NCBI GenBank assembly: GCA_964016885.1
Contig: OZ024747.1
Location: 1,922,001-1,986,000 of the forward strand
Direction of reading: 5' to 3'
From: Eledone cirrhosa
Lineage: Eukaryota
DNA length: 64,000 bases
Part shown: piece after piece, positions 25,622 through 39,010 of the stretch
How positions within the stretch are numbered: position 1 is the stretch's first letter
Layout of the letters: every line of letters starts with the position of its first letter
Program-made: the position numbers and the translations under genes
Notes under the pieces: generated by a model
Seen by the model: only the letters and a program-made list of their open reading frames with translations
What the model was told of the DNA's origin: nothing
Database searches by the model: none

Positions 25622-25943
25622 CATACATGTGTGTGTATAAATGAGGATTGTGTGGCATATTAAAAGTCTCTAGATAACCTTCCATTACTCCAGTGAAAGC
25701 ATGAGAAAACAGCAGCATTTCTCCTCAGGCAATACCAACTCTATTCCATTTCATGAACTTTATGCCACTTTGTGAACTTTATTGAACTCATTTCTGCAGA
25801 CCAACCACCATTTATGTCTGTCTCATTGGAGCTCCAGGCTTCTACTTGGAGATTTAGACACACATACATACACACCCATGTATATATAGGCACATACATA
25901 CACACACAAACGTACATACATATATCTATATCTACATAAACAT

Positions 25944-25987
<44 letters not shown>

Positions 25988-26010
25988 TACTTTCCCTCTC
26001 TGTGTGTGTG

Positions 26011-26072
<62 letters not shown>

Positions 26073-26840
26073 TGTTAGGTGTGTGTGCCCACATAAACAT
26101 CTCAAGCAGAACTGTTTTCAGATGAACACATGTGAAATTAGCTGTGGGAGCTAATATATCAAGTCTGACCTACATTTCATTTCTCTCTCTTCCTCTCCCC
26201 TCTCTCTCACTATATATATATGCATGTGTATACACATACATCTATGTATATGTATATACATGTTTATATACACTTGAGTGTGTATGTGTGCATATGTATA
26301 TATATATATGCATATGTATACATCTGTGCATATATATATATGTATGTACATTGAGAAAGCCTCAAGTAAATATATGCCCCTGTAATGTAAGCCCTAATAT
26401 AATACTTGTTGTCCCTACACCCCTGAAAACTGCACCAGTTCCCCTCCATCCTTTAGCAGGTGGTGGTAGTAGTATATTTAAATGATATCTCTTCCATCAA
26501 CCCTCCTCATCCACAACTTTCTCTTGCTACCACTTTTCTGACTTACTATTTCAGAAGGACAGGGTGGGGGTGGGGTGTGTGCTGTCTATGGCAACCCCCT
26601 CTCAGCTCTATAAATACACATTAATACAAACAAGGGGAGGGATACGCACACAAACATGGGCCTCTGTATATATAAATATATTTATCCTTATGGGGGGGGG
26701 GGGGCTCTTTGGATTTTAGTCTTTGCATTTATTAATAAAGTACCAGTAATGTACTAGGTATTTGCTGGCCTTGTGCCAAAAGAAGAAACAATTATTATTA
26801 TTACTATGAGAAAAACCACAAACACTCCATCTCAACTCTA

Positions 26841-26877
26841 CTTTTGAAAAGCATAAGAACTCTGAAACCAGTAAAGG
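26841..26877 (+). ncRNA. Decayed minimal hammerhead variant in a dispersed island (26807-26930)
   Basis: Homologous to 32001-32037. Confidence 0.3.
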
Positions 26878-27170
26878 AAACAAATATTCTAAAAAAGACT
26901 CCAGCTGCATTTTCGATTTCATCTTTTTTCCCCTATATATATATGTATATATTTCGTTTCTGAATTTGTTTAGCAAGATTCTTTATCTGAAATCGTGTGT
27001 TGAAACCGATATTGTTATACTTTGGGAGGGTCATGTTGCCAATAAGAAACACACGCACCAGTTGCTTTCACTTCAATTTATTATAATAAATTTATAAATT
27101 TAGGAATTTAGAAATTTATAAATTTCTGGTTGGTTGGTTGGTTCCACAACCAGATAGTTGTTTATATATT

Positions 27171-27213
27171 GTCAAAGTTCTTTCGTCACACATTCTGTGA
27201 CCTCATCAGTGAC
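27171..27213 (-). ncRNA. Minimal type-I hammerhead ribozyme in pLTR (sense to the ORF)
   Basis: GTCA-CTGATGAG-GTCACA-gaatg-TGTGAC-GAAA-GAAC-TT-TGAC on the minus strand. Confidence 0.7.
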
Positions 27214-27412
27214 TGGGGATTCTTTTCTTTGTTTTTGTGCCTCTCCTTTGTTCTGTCCTATGCCATTTTGTTTCTGTGTGTGTGTTGTGTGCTCAGTCTG
27301 CGCATGCGCCACATCCGGGTGTCTGTGTGTTTATATTTGTTTATTTATTTGTTTATTTACATGTTACCGGTTGGTTGTTTGTTCTATGTGTGTGTGTGTT
27401 TTCATTTTGTCC

Positions 27413-28150
27413 TTAATTGTAAGTTGTGATGTTGCTGTTCCACTCATATTTTCTATTTAATTTTGGTTGTAATTCTTTTATGTTTATTGCCTCTGTGATT
27501 TGTCTAAACATTGCGTCTTTTCTGTGTGTAGATTCTATTTTTATTTCTATGTTCTCTAATTTACCCTTATGTTCTATTTTAGCATGTTGGTAGAGTACAG
27601 ATGATTCTTTACTATCTTGAAGGTCTCGCCAGTGTTCATTTATCCGTTCCCCTACACTACGGGCTGTCTCACCTATGTACACTATATTTTTGTCTCTACA
27701 TTGTCCTTCAGTACATCTTATGCTATACACTACATTTCTAGTTTTACAGTTAATATGGGGGCTTATTTTACAGGTTATACATTTCTTATCTATACAGGGG
27801 GGGGGGGTCTTTGAAAAGGGTATGTGTTGCTAATAAGTGTTTTTACGGAGGTACCTGGTCTTTCTACTATCTTAATATTGAGTTTATGTTTATCTAGGGC
27901 CCTTCTAAATTTGTAAGCTAATTCACCTCTAGGGGTTGTATCGATGAACATTACACTCTGGTATTTATTGCTATCATACCATGAGTTTATTCTATTAGCC
28001 TTATTCCTAGTTCTTTCTATTCTATTCCAAAATTTGCTCCTATACAAGGGGCAGGTCCCATTTGTGTCATTATTTACCATTTTTTCCCCATTTGGTTCTG
28101 GCTCCTCTATACACTCTGATTTTATCTCTCTGATTGTAACCAGAGAACTG
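27413..28150 (-). pseudogene. PLE linker and C-terminal GIY-YIG endonuclease, frameshifted at a G-run near 27800
   Basis: SVMFIDTTPRGELA..KIVERPG..YPF [shift] PCIDKKCITC..NCKTRNVVYSIRC..C..VYIGETARSVGERINEH..LYQH..H..RQITEAINI..LN. Confidence 0.85.
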
Positions 28151-28267
28151 CATACACAGACACCCGGATGTGGCGCATGCGCAGACTGAACACACAACAC
28201 ACACACAGAAACAAAATGGCGTAGGACAGAACAAAGGAGAGGCACAAAAACAAAGAAAAGAATCCCA

Positions 28268-28310
28268 GTCACTGATGAGGTCACAGAATGTGTGACGAAA
28301 GAACTTTGAC
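28268..28310 (+). ncRNA. Minimal type-I hammerhead ribozyme in the inverted pLTR
   Basis: Identical motif on the + strand. Confidence 0.7.
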
Positions 28311-28756
28311 AATATATAAACAACTATCTGGTTGGGGAACCAACCAACCAACCAGAAATTTATAAATTTCTAAATTCCTAAATTTATAAATTTATTATAA
28401 TAAATTGAAGTGAAAGCAACTGGTGCGTGTGTTTCTTATTGGCAACATGACCCTCCCAAAGTATAACAATATATGTATATATATATATATAATATATACA
28501 TATATATATATATTATATATATTATGTATATATATATAATATATAATATATATATATTATATATATATATTATGTATATATATATAATATATAATATATA
28601 TATATTATATATATATTATATATATATTATATATATAATATATATATATTATATATATATATTATATATATATAATTTATATATATATATATTATATATA
28701 TATATATATAATATATAATATATATATTACATATATATATATTATATATATAATAT

Positions 28757-29777
28757 ATCACCATCATCATCGTTTTACGTCCGTTCTTCCATGCTAGCAT
28801 GGGTTAGACGGGTTGTCCTGTTGTGAGCAGTGTCTGGTCGGCTGACCATGCCTTGTTCATACAGGAACTGATTTGGCTTGGTTTCTACAGCTGGATGCCC
28901 TTCCTAACACCAACCTCATTTGCAGTGAGTGCTGGGTGCTTTTTTCCGTGGCACCTACACGTCCACTTTACAGTGTGGGCTGGGTGCTTGTTTGCCGTGG
29001 CACCTCCACAACCACTTTGCAGTGGGAGGGTGTGGGGGCATATTGTCTATATGCTTCAGCTTGTACCCATGGGAGGTCGGGTACTCTGTATTACTGCATG
29101 CCGCCAGAGGTTACGGTCGTGTGTCATTGCCTTTGAGAGGTGTAATTCAGTAAGGTCGGCTTTTATCACCTCATCCCAGGTCTTCTTGAGTCTCCCCACT
29201 CCGCGGTTTCCATTGACTTCTAGTGCTCTGCACCTTTTTATGCACCTGTCATCCTTCATACGCATCACATGTCCATACCAACGCAACCGCCTCTCCTGCA
29301 CACAGCATTTGATTCCTCTGATGCTCAGTCTCTCTCTCAATTCATTTATGCTTTGCTGTTCACGTATATTACTATTACACATCCATTGGAGCATGCAGGC
29401 TTCGTTTCTTTCTAATCTACGTAAGTCTTCCACCTTCATGTAACAACCATGTAACATTGCTGTTCGGATACACGCATCATACAGTCTGCCTTTCATTTTG
29501 AGGGAGAAGCCTTTTGCAGCTAGCAGTGGCAGTAGTTCCCTGAACTTCTTACATCCCGTTCTTACCCTAGTTATTGTACTTTCTGAACACCTACCTCCGC
29601 TGCTAATTCGGTCACCTAGGTAGCAGAAGCTGTCTACTGTTTCTACAGAGTCCTCCCAGAGATCGTTGGTACTTGTTTCCTGTGGCTGTTTACTGCTTGC
29701 TGTCCCAGCACAGCTGCTGCATGTGAAGCTTACATTCTTAATTAAGCTTCCTGAGATCCCGCTACATCTCTTGTGTA
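28757..29777 (-). mobile_element. 5'-truncated RTE LINE
   Basis: VHKRCSG..CSSC..FCYLGD..RRLRWYGHVMR, 3' UTR and CAT tail abutting a TA tract. Confidence 0.92.
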
Positions 29778-30391
29778 CATATGTACATACACAAGCATAC
29801 GCAAAAACACTCGTCATAGGTATACAAAAAGACGCACATATAAATATGTGTGTGTGTGTGCGTGCGTGTATACAAATAATTAAATAAACATATATAAATA
29901 AATAAATACGTGTATAACAAGCGCACACACATACCTACATGTAAATACACAAATGTTCGGAGACGTAAGTCAACCAAAACATGAAGTACACATATACACA
30001 CACCCAACATACGTACGAACCCGCATACTCACACAGACGCAAAACTCCCGTATACACATAACCAAAAGCATATGTACCAGAATATATAATATATACGCCA
30101 TAACATATACAATCAAATATACGTACGAGAAAGTATACGTACCTTCACAAAACATACAGGTAATATATACTTACCTATGCAAATAAGTAATGGTATAAAC
30201 ATAACATATACTTAGCTACCACATCAAGACGTAAAATATCCACGTATAGATCGTACTGTCCGTTAGGGTATAATGTGGGGCTGTAATACAGGAAAGTTTA
30301 TCCTTATCGAGTCCTCTTTGGATTTTAGTCTTCAAATTTATTATTATTACTATATATATATTATATATATATATTATATATATATATTATA

Positions 30392-30432
<41 letters not shown>

Positions 30433-30700
30433 CCACATCTTACGTTAACTATTTTTCCCATTTTGACGCTATAGTCACTTATATATTATGGAACACTGTT
30501 GGCTTTTTGCTACATTTTCTATACCTTTCATTTATATATATAATATATATAATATATATATATATATAATATATATAATATATATATATAATATATATAA
30601 TATATATAATATATATATAATATATATAATATATATATAATATATATAATATATATATATATAATATTTAATATATATATATATATAATATATAATATAT

Positions 30701-30732
<32 letters not shown>

Positions 30733-30749
30733 ATATTTAATATATATAT

Positions 30750-30781
<32 letters not shown>

Positions 30782-30850
30782 ATATTTAATATATATATAT
30801 ATATATATATATAATATTTAATATATATAATATATATAATATATATATAT

Positions 30851-31357
30851 GTTGGTGCCACAACATCCAGGCCGAAACAAATGAGATCGTGTAGGTGTCA
30901 CGACAAAAAACACACAGTCCACGCTGTAATGTGGCCGTGTAGGCAACACGGTAAAAACCTCCCAGTCCACACTGTAAATGTGGTTGGTGTTAGGAAGGGC
31001 ATCCAGCTGTAGAAAACCCGCCAGACAGTCCACGCTGTAATGTGGCCATGTAGGCAACATGGTAAAAACCTCCCAGTCCACACTGTAAATGTGGTTGGTG
31101 TTAGGAAGGGCATCCAGCTGTAGAAAACCCGCCAGACAGTCCACGCTGTAATGTGGCCATGTAGGCAACATGGTAAAAACCTCCCAGTCCACACTGTAAA
31201 TGTGGTTGGTGTTAGGAAGGGCATCCAGCTGTAGAAAACCCGCCAGACAGTCCTATGCGAGCAAGACAACCACTCTTGCCTCAAGTGGGAAAACTCCCGT
31301 CCAAACCCATGCAAGCATGGAACACGGACGTTAAACGATGATGATGATGATGATGAT
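30851..31357 (+). mobile_element. RTE subfamily-2 3' UTR with three tandem 111-bp units
   Basis: Units start near 30915, 31026 and 31137. (GAT)n tail; TA tracts on both sides. Confidence 0.85.
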
Positions 31358-31490
31358 ATATAATATATATTATATATATATAATATATATAATATATATA
31401 TATAATATATATAATATATATATATTATATATATATAATATATATAATATATATATATAATATATATAATATATATATATTATATATATA

Positions 31491-31618
31491 TAATTGTTTT
31501 TACTTTTGGCACAAAGCCAGCAATTACCCAGTACATTACTGGTACTTTATTTTATCGACCCCGTAAGGATGAAAGGCAAAGTTAACCTCGGCGGGATTTG
31601 AACTCAGACCGTAAAGGG
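31491..31618 (-). mobile_element. SINE family A in a TA tract
   Basis: Core plus B-box. Confidence 0.8.
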
Positions 31619-31721
31619 ATATAATATATATATATAATATATATATATTATATATATATAATATATATAATATATATATTATATATTATATATATATATA
31701 TATTATATATATATATAATAT

Positions 31722-31765
<44 letters not shown>

Positions 31766-32000
31766 CATCATCATCATTTTACGTCTGCTCTTCCCTGCTT
31801 GCAAGGGTGGGACGGGTCTTATTCAGCACAGCATCTCTCCACTTGTCACGGTCCTTCATCATCACTGTGAGCTTCAGCGATCTGAGGTCTGTTCTCACCA
31901 TTATATATATATATAATATACATATATAATATATATATATATAATATATATTATATATACATGATGTGAGAAAAATCACAAACCCTCCATCTCAACTCTA

Positions 32001-32037
32001 CTTTTGAAAAGCACAAGAACTGTGAAACCGGTAAAGG
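32001..32037 (+). ncRNA. Minimal hammerhead variant with U3-A8 core
   Basis: ctt-TTGAAAA-GCA-caagaac-TGT-GAAA-CCGG-TA-aag, with palindromic stem III ACCGGT. Confidence 0.4.
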
Positions 32038-33239
32038 AACCAAATAAATATATTTAAAAAAAAAGACTCCAGTTGCATTTTCGATTTCATCTTTTTTCCT
32101 TATATATAAAGTTGGCTTATTCTATCTTGCTAAATAAAATATTACGTAGACATACAGATAATGACCACTTCCCAGTTGGTAATAAAGTTTGCTTATTCTA
32201 TCTTGCTAACTAAAATATTTGTCTCTACCAACTTGACCTTTAGCTCCATTATAAAATCTGATTCTACTTTTGGAAATTTTCTTCTGTTTTAGCTATTAGA
32301 ACAAAGTTGTTTATATTGAAGAGTTCCCGTGGGACTCTGTCAATGGCCTTCTCCAGGACAATTATTGCTAGGTACAGGGGTTGAAAGTATTGCACATGCT
32401 TTGAATTATACTGTTACCAGACACTTATACACACATATACATGTATCAACATGTATATACATATAGAGACACATTCACAGACTATACATTACATGCTCAA
32501 TACATGTTGATGCACAGTCATACACGCACACACACTATATATATATACTACACATTCAACACACATACATGATGTACTACTCAATCAACTAAAACATACA
32601 CAGATGATGATGATTATATGCACAACACAAACACACACATATAATCACACATCATACACACAATCTCACACACATATAATCACACATCATACACACAATC
32701 TCACACACACATTTATTTGTATTGGTCTGAGTAGAATAGTTTGTGTCTGTATGTAGGGTTACATTATCTACTGTGTTCGTTCTTTCTTTAAAGATTGCTG
32801 TGTAGGGTTATTTTGAGAGAGATCTAGCTGCTATTTCTAGCAGTTTGAGCAACCTTGAAGATACTTCATCAGTGTTGACTCCTTTCTGTATAAGCAGTCA
32901 TGTTGTCTAATAATTGAACAGATCAATGATCAAAAGCATCCTACATATTAACCTTTTGTCTTCTTGGGGAGTTAATGTATCTAAGACTATGATCACATGT
33001 ATCCCATATTTTTTATAAATGGTATGAGAGACTGTCAGAGCTTTGGAGCTGTAAAAGCTTTAAAGTGATGTTGAGTTGCATTCTATCAAACATTGAAACT
33101 AAATTGATTCATGATGCTCAGCATATAATGAAATTTTCTAATTTAAGCACAAGGCTAGCTATTTATGGGAGAGGAAAGTCAAAATGGGGTTCCTCTGTAG
33201 GGTTTTTGGAGAAACATTACTTGATAAAGTGCATAGCTC

Positions 33240-33550
33240 AGAAATCAGAGAGTCACTCCAGGTAGAGCTGATGCATCTTTAAATTGAGAGATTACAGCTC
33301 CAATACTATGGACATGTGGTTAGAATGTCTCAGGAAAGAATCGCTGGACAGATTTTACGGGCAGAACCAACCAGCAGGAGACCCAGGGGTAGACCTCGAG
33401 CAAGGTGGTTGGACAACATCCATGAATGTTTAGCTGGTCTCACTTGGAGATCCAGCCAGATCAATTGGAGACAGTTAATTCTGACAAGAACTGCTGGAAG
33501 GAGTATTTGAGGACTTTGCTCCCACGATCCTCTCAGGAATTTGTGGGAGA
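33240..33550 (+). mobile_element. Different RTE-clade LINE C-terminal relic
   Basis: IERLQLQYYGHVVRMSQERIAGQILRAEPTSRRPRGRPRARWLDNI. Related pieces lie at about 41800-41970 and 56780-56845. Confidence 0.75.
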
Positions 33551-33618
33551 AAGTCAATTATACTGACCTTATTACATTACTGGTACTTTATTTGATGAAC
33601 CTCAGAATGATGAGCAGC

Positions 33619-34096
33619 CAAGTTAATCTCAGTGGTATTGAGCTCAGTAAACAGCCATGGTCAAGTTAATCTCAGTGGTATTGAGCTCAGTAAACAGCCA
33701 TGGTCAAGTTAATCTCAGTGGTATTGAGCTCAGTAAACAGCCATGGTCAAGTTAATCTCAGTGGTATTGAGCTCAGTAAACAGCCATGGTCAAATTAATC
33801 TCAGTGGTATTGAGCTCAGTAAACAGCCATGGTCAAGTTAATCTCAGTGGTATTGAGCTCAGTAAACAGCCATGGTCAAGTTAATCTCAGTGGTATTGAG
33901 CTCAGTAAACAGCCATGGTCAAATTAATCTCAGTGGTATTGAGCTCAGTAAACAGCCATGGTCAAGTTAATCTCAGTGGTATTGAGCTCAGTAAACAGCC
34001 ATGGTCAAGTTAATCTCAGTGGTATTGAGCTCAGTAAACAGCCATGGCCAAATTAATCTCAGTGGTATTTAAACTTAGTAAACAGCCATGGTCAAG
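33619..34096. repeat. 43-bp minisatellite, 11 copies, inside a SINE
   Basis: Unit caagttaatctcagtggtattgagctcagtaaacagccatggt. SINE-A core lies to the left (33575-33618) and SINE head to the right (34097-34150). Confidence 0.92.
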
Positions 34097-34747
34097 TACT
34101 ATGAGACGTTTTGTCTGGCACTCTAACAATTTGACCAACCCACCACCCTTGTTCAGCCTTATACTTCATGTTACATAATCCATGTTAACTTACTTTCATT
34201 TGCTTCTAGGTTGAAAGCTTCTTTTATTGACACTATCAATAATTCTCTCCTCTTCTTTCACATATCTTAAGCTCTTCCCTAAAGGTTACAGCCAGATTAA
34301 TTTTCTTTTACTGCTGTTTACTAAGAATACTTTTGATCAATTAACTTATATAATTACTGTAGGCACCAGATATCAGAAACTGACAAATTTAATTTCCAAC
34401 AGTCAATCCTCTTTATAGAGTTCTTGTCAAATCTGATTTCATTAATCTGAATTATGTAGTCCAAAGTATGTCACAACATAGAAATACCAGCAGCTTGAAA
34501 ACTTCTAGTTTGCTAACCAATGATCAATCCTTACTCAAATATGATAAGCATTTCCTGCTCTTTAAAAACTTAATCTATTTTGGTTTTATGGAAAAATGTA
34601 TTCGAAGGAAGCAACTGACCCTACATGACTTTGGCATCTCAATGTTATATCTAGTAGTTCTTGTTTACGTATCACATCATTGGTCATTTATGCCTGACAA
34701 AATTATAAGTGAAACTACTATCTTAAATGCAAATATATATATAGTGT

Positions 34748-35663
34748 CATCATCATCATCATCATCACCGTTTTACGTCCGTTCTTCCACGCTAGCATGG
34801 GTTAGACGGGTTGTCCTGTTGTGGGCAGTGTCTGGTCGGCTGACCATGCCTTGCTCATACAGGAACTGATCTGGCTTGATTTCTACAGCTGGATGCCCTT
34901 CCTAACACCAACCTCATTTACAGTGAGTGCTGGGTGCTTTTTCGTGGCGCCTACACGTCCACTTTACAGTGTGGGCTGGGTGCTTTTTTGCCGTGGCACC
35001 TCCACGACCACCTTGCGGTGGGGGGGGGGGGGCATATTGTTTATATGCTTCAGCATGTACCCATGGGAGGTCGGGTACCCTGTATTACTGCGTGACGCCA
35101 GAAGTCACGGTCGTGTGTCATTGACTTTGAGAGGTGTAGTTGGGTAAGGTCGGCTTTTATCACCTCATCCCAAGTCATCTTGGGTCTCCCCACTCCGCGG
35201 TTTCCATCAACTTCTAGTGCTCTGCACCTTTTTATGCAGCTGTCATCCTTCATACGCATCACATGTCCATACCAGCGTAACCGCCTCTCCTGCACGCAGC
35301 ATTTGATTCCTCTTATGCTCAGTCTCTCTCTCAATTCATTTATGCTTTGTCGTTCACGTATATTACTGTTACACATCCATCGGAGCATGCAGGCTTCGTT
35401 TCTCTCTAATCTACGTAAGTCTTCCACCTTCAGCGCCCAGGTCTCACTACCATGCAACATCGCTGTTCGGATACACGCATCATACAGTCTGCCTTTCATT
35501 CTGAGGGAGAAGCCTTTTGCAGCTAGCAGTGGTAGTAGTTCCCTAAACTTCTTCCATCCCGTTCTTACCCTAGTTATTGTACTTTCTGAGCACCCACCTC
35601 CGTTGCTAATTCGGTCACCTAGGTAGCAGAAGCTGTCTACTGTTTCTACAGGGCCCTCCCAGA
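34748..35663 (-). mobile_element. 5'-truncated RTE LINE, almost identical to 5480-6387
   Basis: Antisense ORFs 5903..6349 and 35180..35626 differ at one residue; same 3' UTR. Confidence 0.95.
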
Positions 35664-36721
35664 GTGTGTGTGTATATATGTATATATATGTGTATGTGTG
35701 TATGTATATATATATAGTGTGTGTGCGTGTGTGTGTGTGTATGTATATGTGTGTGTATATGTATATATATATATACAGTGGTTGGTGATAGGAAGGGCAT
35801 CCAGTCATAGAAAGCTTGCGAAACAAAGGGTTGGGAGGACCCTTTAGTTGTGTCATAGATATGACAACCTCTCCTGTGCACTTGGTAGAATATGAGACTG
35901 TAGACCATAAGTAAGCGAGATGCAGACCCCTTGCCTGTCTGGGACAATTTGTTTGACAATTTCTTTTTATTATAGAGAGAGAGAGAGAGACAGAGAGATA
36001 GATAGAAGTGATCACAAAGCTATAAAATATTGAATGTATAAAAGGGTATTTGATGGAATTATCTCGGGGGATGTCTCGTACTTAATTTATCTTCTGGTGG
36101 ATGAAACAAAAAGATGACACAATTCCTCCCCCTCCTCTTCCTAAGGCTTCCTCACAGTTTCTGCCAGCCAATTTCACTCACAAGGCATTGATCAATTTAC
36201 CTTTAGATTAGTAGACATATGATAAAGTTGCCATACTGGAAGTTGCCATACTCAAAGCCTTGTGGTTGGAAAGCAAACTTCTTACTCTGCATCTATCAAT
36301 GCCTGCCACTGTTGAAAATGAATTATTGCAAGAATTGCCAAATCTAAAAGAAACTGATTCCTTATTTTTCTGCAGATTACTTTCTCACGATTAGAATGTC
36401 ATCATTAAATTTGGAGTGAATCCTATGATTTCTTTTCCAAACAGCATGATGTTGTTCTTTTATGTTTATTTATTAAGTAGCCCCTCCATTAGCTTCACAA
36501 CCCTTGCTAGCAGGGACAAACAGCCGTTAAATGATGATTAGGATCTGTTGAACAGCTGTAAAGGCTGGGAAGAACTTTTGACAACTGTTCCCCATGGCAC
36601 CTGTCACTGGCTATTAAACTTCAACATCCCCCTTTCATCCATTACATGAGAACTGAGTTCTTGGAGGGGGCTTCACATGAAGATTCTCTGTGGTTTACTC
36701 TTTTATTTGTTCCAGTCATTT

Positions 36722-37300
36722 CACTACAGCCATGATGGAGCACCACATTCAAAGGTTCAACAGATCATATGAACCCTAACTACGGCCATGATGGAGCACC
36801 ACATTCAAAGGTTCAACAGACCATATCAACCCTAACTACGGCCATGATGGAGCACCACATTCAAAGGTTCAACAGACCATATCAACCCTAACTACTGCCA
36901 TGATGGAGCACCACATTCAAAGGTTCAACAGACCATATCAACCCTAACTACGGCCATGATGGAGCACCACATTCAAAGGTTCAACAGACCATATCAACCC
37001 TAACTACAGCCATGATGGAGCACCACATTCAAAGGTTCAACAGACCATATCAACCCTACAAGGTAGTAAACTGGCAGTGTCATTAGAACATTGGCTAGAA
37101 TGCTCTGCAGTATACGTTCTGGTTCAATGGAGCACCACATTCAAAGGTTCAACAGACCATATCAACCCTAACTACAGCCATGATGGAGCACCACATTCAA
37201 AGGTTCAACAGACCATATCAACCCTACAAGGTAGTAAACTGGCAGTGTCATTAGAACATTGGCTAGAATGCTCTGCAGTATACGTTCTGGTTCAATGCCC
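36722..37300. repeat. 56-bp minisatellite (about 6 copies) plus nested 168-bp duplication
   Basis: catgatggagcacc recurs at 36731, 36787, 36843, 36899, 36955 and 37011. The block aggtagtaaactggcag..ggttcaatg occurs at 37061 and 37229. Confidence 0.9.
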
Positions 37301-38727
37301 ACTGAGTTCAAATCCTGCTGAGGTCAGCTTTGACTTTCATCTTTTTGATGATAAATAACATACCAGTCCAGCATTGGAGTTGATTCTTCCTCTATATATT
37401 TTTCTCACTTCTTCTCCCTCCTTCTCAGGAAGACATTAGCTGTGTTGAAACCATATGTCACTGCAGAGCCCCTATGACTAAATTCGGAGTTATGGGTGCA
37501 TACAAATATACATTAAACTGTAGCCATGTTGGTGCATCACTAAGTTTAGCAGATCATAACAACCTTAATACTTATTTCAGTATGTATTTTAACAATCTCT
37601 ATTTATTGAATCTAAAAAACTACCCGAAGCGTGGTTTTTCTGCTAGTACATATAAATATGAGAAAACTCATTGCTAGAACAACCGTTAAAACAGCTAAAT
37701 GTTGTCAAAGACAGTGATGGGCAAAAATGCCCCAGAGGACAGAGACCAGCAGCCAGTTGTCAACAGAGAGACATCAACAAGGTGGGTGACCTTCCTGTCA
37801 CCCAGCAATGTTTTTTTCTATTTATTGAATTAGTAAGCTACAAGACATAAAAAAATCTACAACAGAAACAGAACACTGGTTTACACATTTTTGTGCAGTT
37901 TCAGTGCTAGAAGACAACCTTAAAATAAACAAACTGGTCTTAGAATTTCAATGAACCAATCTCTGATTTATCGCATTTCTGGTGACTAGAATGTTCCTGA
38001 GAAACTTGGACAGAACAAATACCAGACAAGGTATTTTTATCTGAAAACACCAGTTTTTATAGGGTTTTGTAGCTGATGTTTACATGTTTTACTGATATTG
38101 GAGATATAGAGAGAGAGGGCGGGGAGAATATGTTTCTACATAGTTTGTTTTGGTTCCAAATGCGATTTAAATACAAGGCCAGCAATATTTTTGAGTGAGG
38201 TGGGGAAGTTGATTAAATCGACCTCAGTACGTGACTGGTACTTTATTTTATCAACCCCGTAAGGATGAAAGACAATGCTAGCCTCGAACAGATTTAAGAC
38301 ATAATGAAATAAAGCCATGACAATGATAAACTTTGATTAGGAAATTAGAACAAAACAATATCGATGTAAAAAAAGATGAAGTTAAGATATTTTATAGAAT
38401 GGGGAACTACACAAACTCTCTATATATTTCTGCTGAGATAACCTGAATAGATGGTCTTAGTCTTGAAAAAATCCTATTTTGAATTTGTTGGTCCAGATAA
38501 GATCTTTGACAGGTTGCCATGATATATATATAGTCAAGTGGATACAAAGAAAGCTTTGAGCTGCTGATGATTTGCTAGTTGAATATGAGGGGGGGGGGGG
38601 GCTGTAAATGTTGAGAGTATTGTTGAAATGATAAGAGCAAGAGGGAAGAGTTTAAGAATCTATTGTCTTTACTATCAGAAAGGGGCTTCTACATTCATGC
38701 AATCAGCAGTTTATATATATGTGTGTG

Positions 38728-38762
<35 letters not shown>

Positions 38763-38764
38763 TC

Positions 38765-39010
38765 CAGTACAACCTGTCTCATAGTCGGGTCGTTGGCGAC
38801 TAAACTGGCAACCCACCAAGGTTTCTTGGTGAGGAGGGTGACTTTGGACATCCTGCAGGACTAAAAACAAAACCTGTCAAAGGGCAAAGGAGCTCTTAAG
38901 AGTCAATGGCCATCCAAAATCACCGGGAGAGATGACCCCTTAGCCTTTGTCAAGGCAGAATTCTAGGAGAAGGAAAACTCTGATATAACACCTGCAACCC
39001 TGATGGTATC
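38765..39010 (+). mobile_element. Probable RTE-type 5'-UTR fragment
   Basis: Contains ctaggagaaggaaaactctga..acc, which I recall as a common RTE 5'-UTR motif. GC-richer island between TA tracts. Confidence 0.4.

Larger units (their letters stand above)
27009..28472 (-). mobile_element. 5'-truncated Penelope-like element with inverted pseudo-LTRs
   Basis: 27009-27328 and 28154-28472 are near-perfect inverted copies enclosing a GIY-YIG ORF. The element is flanked by TA-rich tracts. Confidence 0.88.

Noticed and set aside
28150-28323. N-terminus of ORF 27790..28323
   Set aside because: Read-in from the inverted pLTR, not part of the protein.
33619-34096. CRISPR-like regular array (also 36722-37060 and 57734-58066)
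   Set aside because: Head-to-tail units with no unique spacers, no cas genes, and a eukaryotic context.
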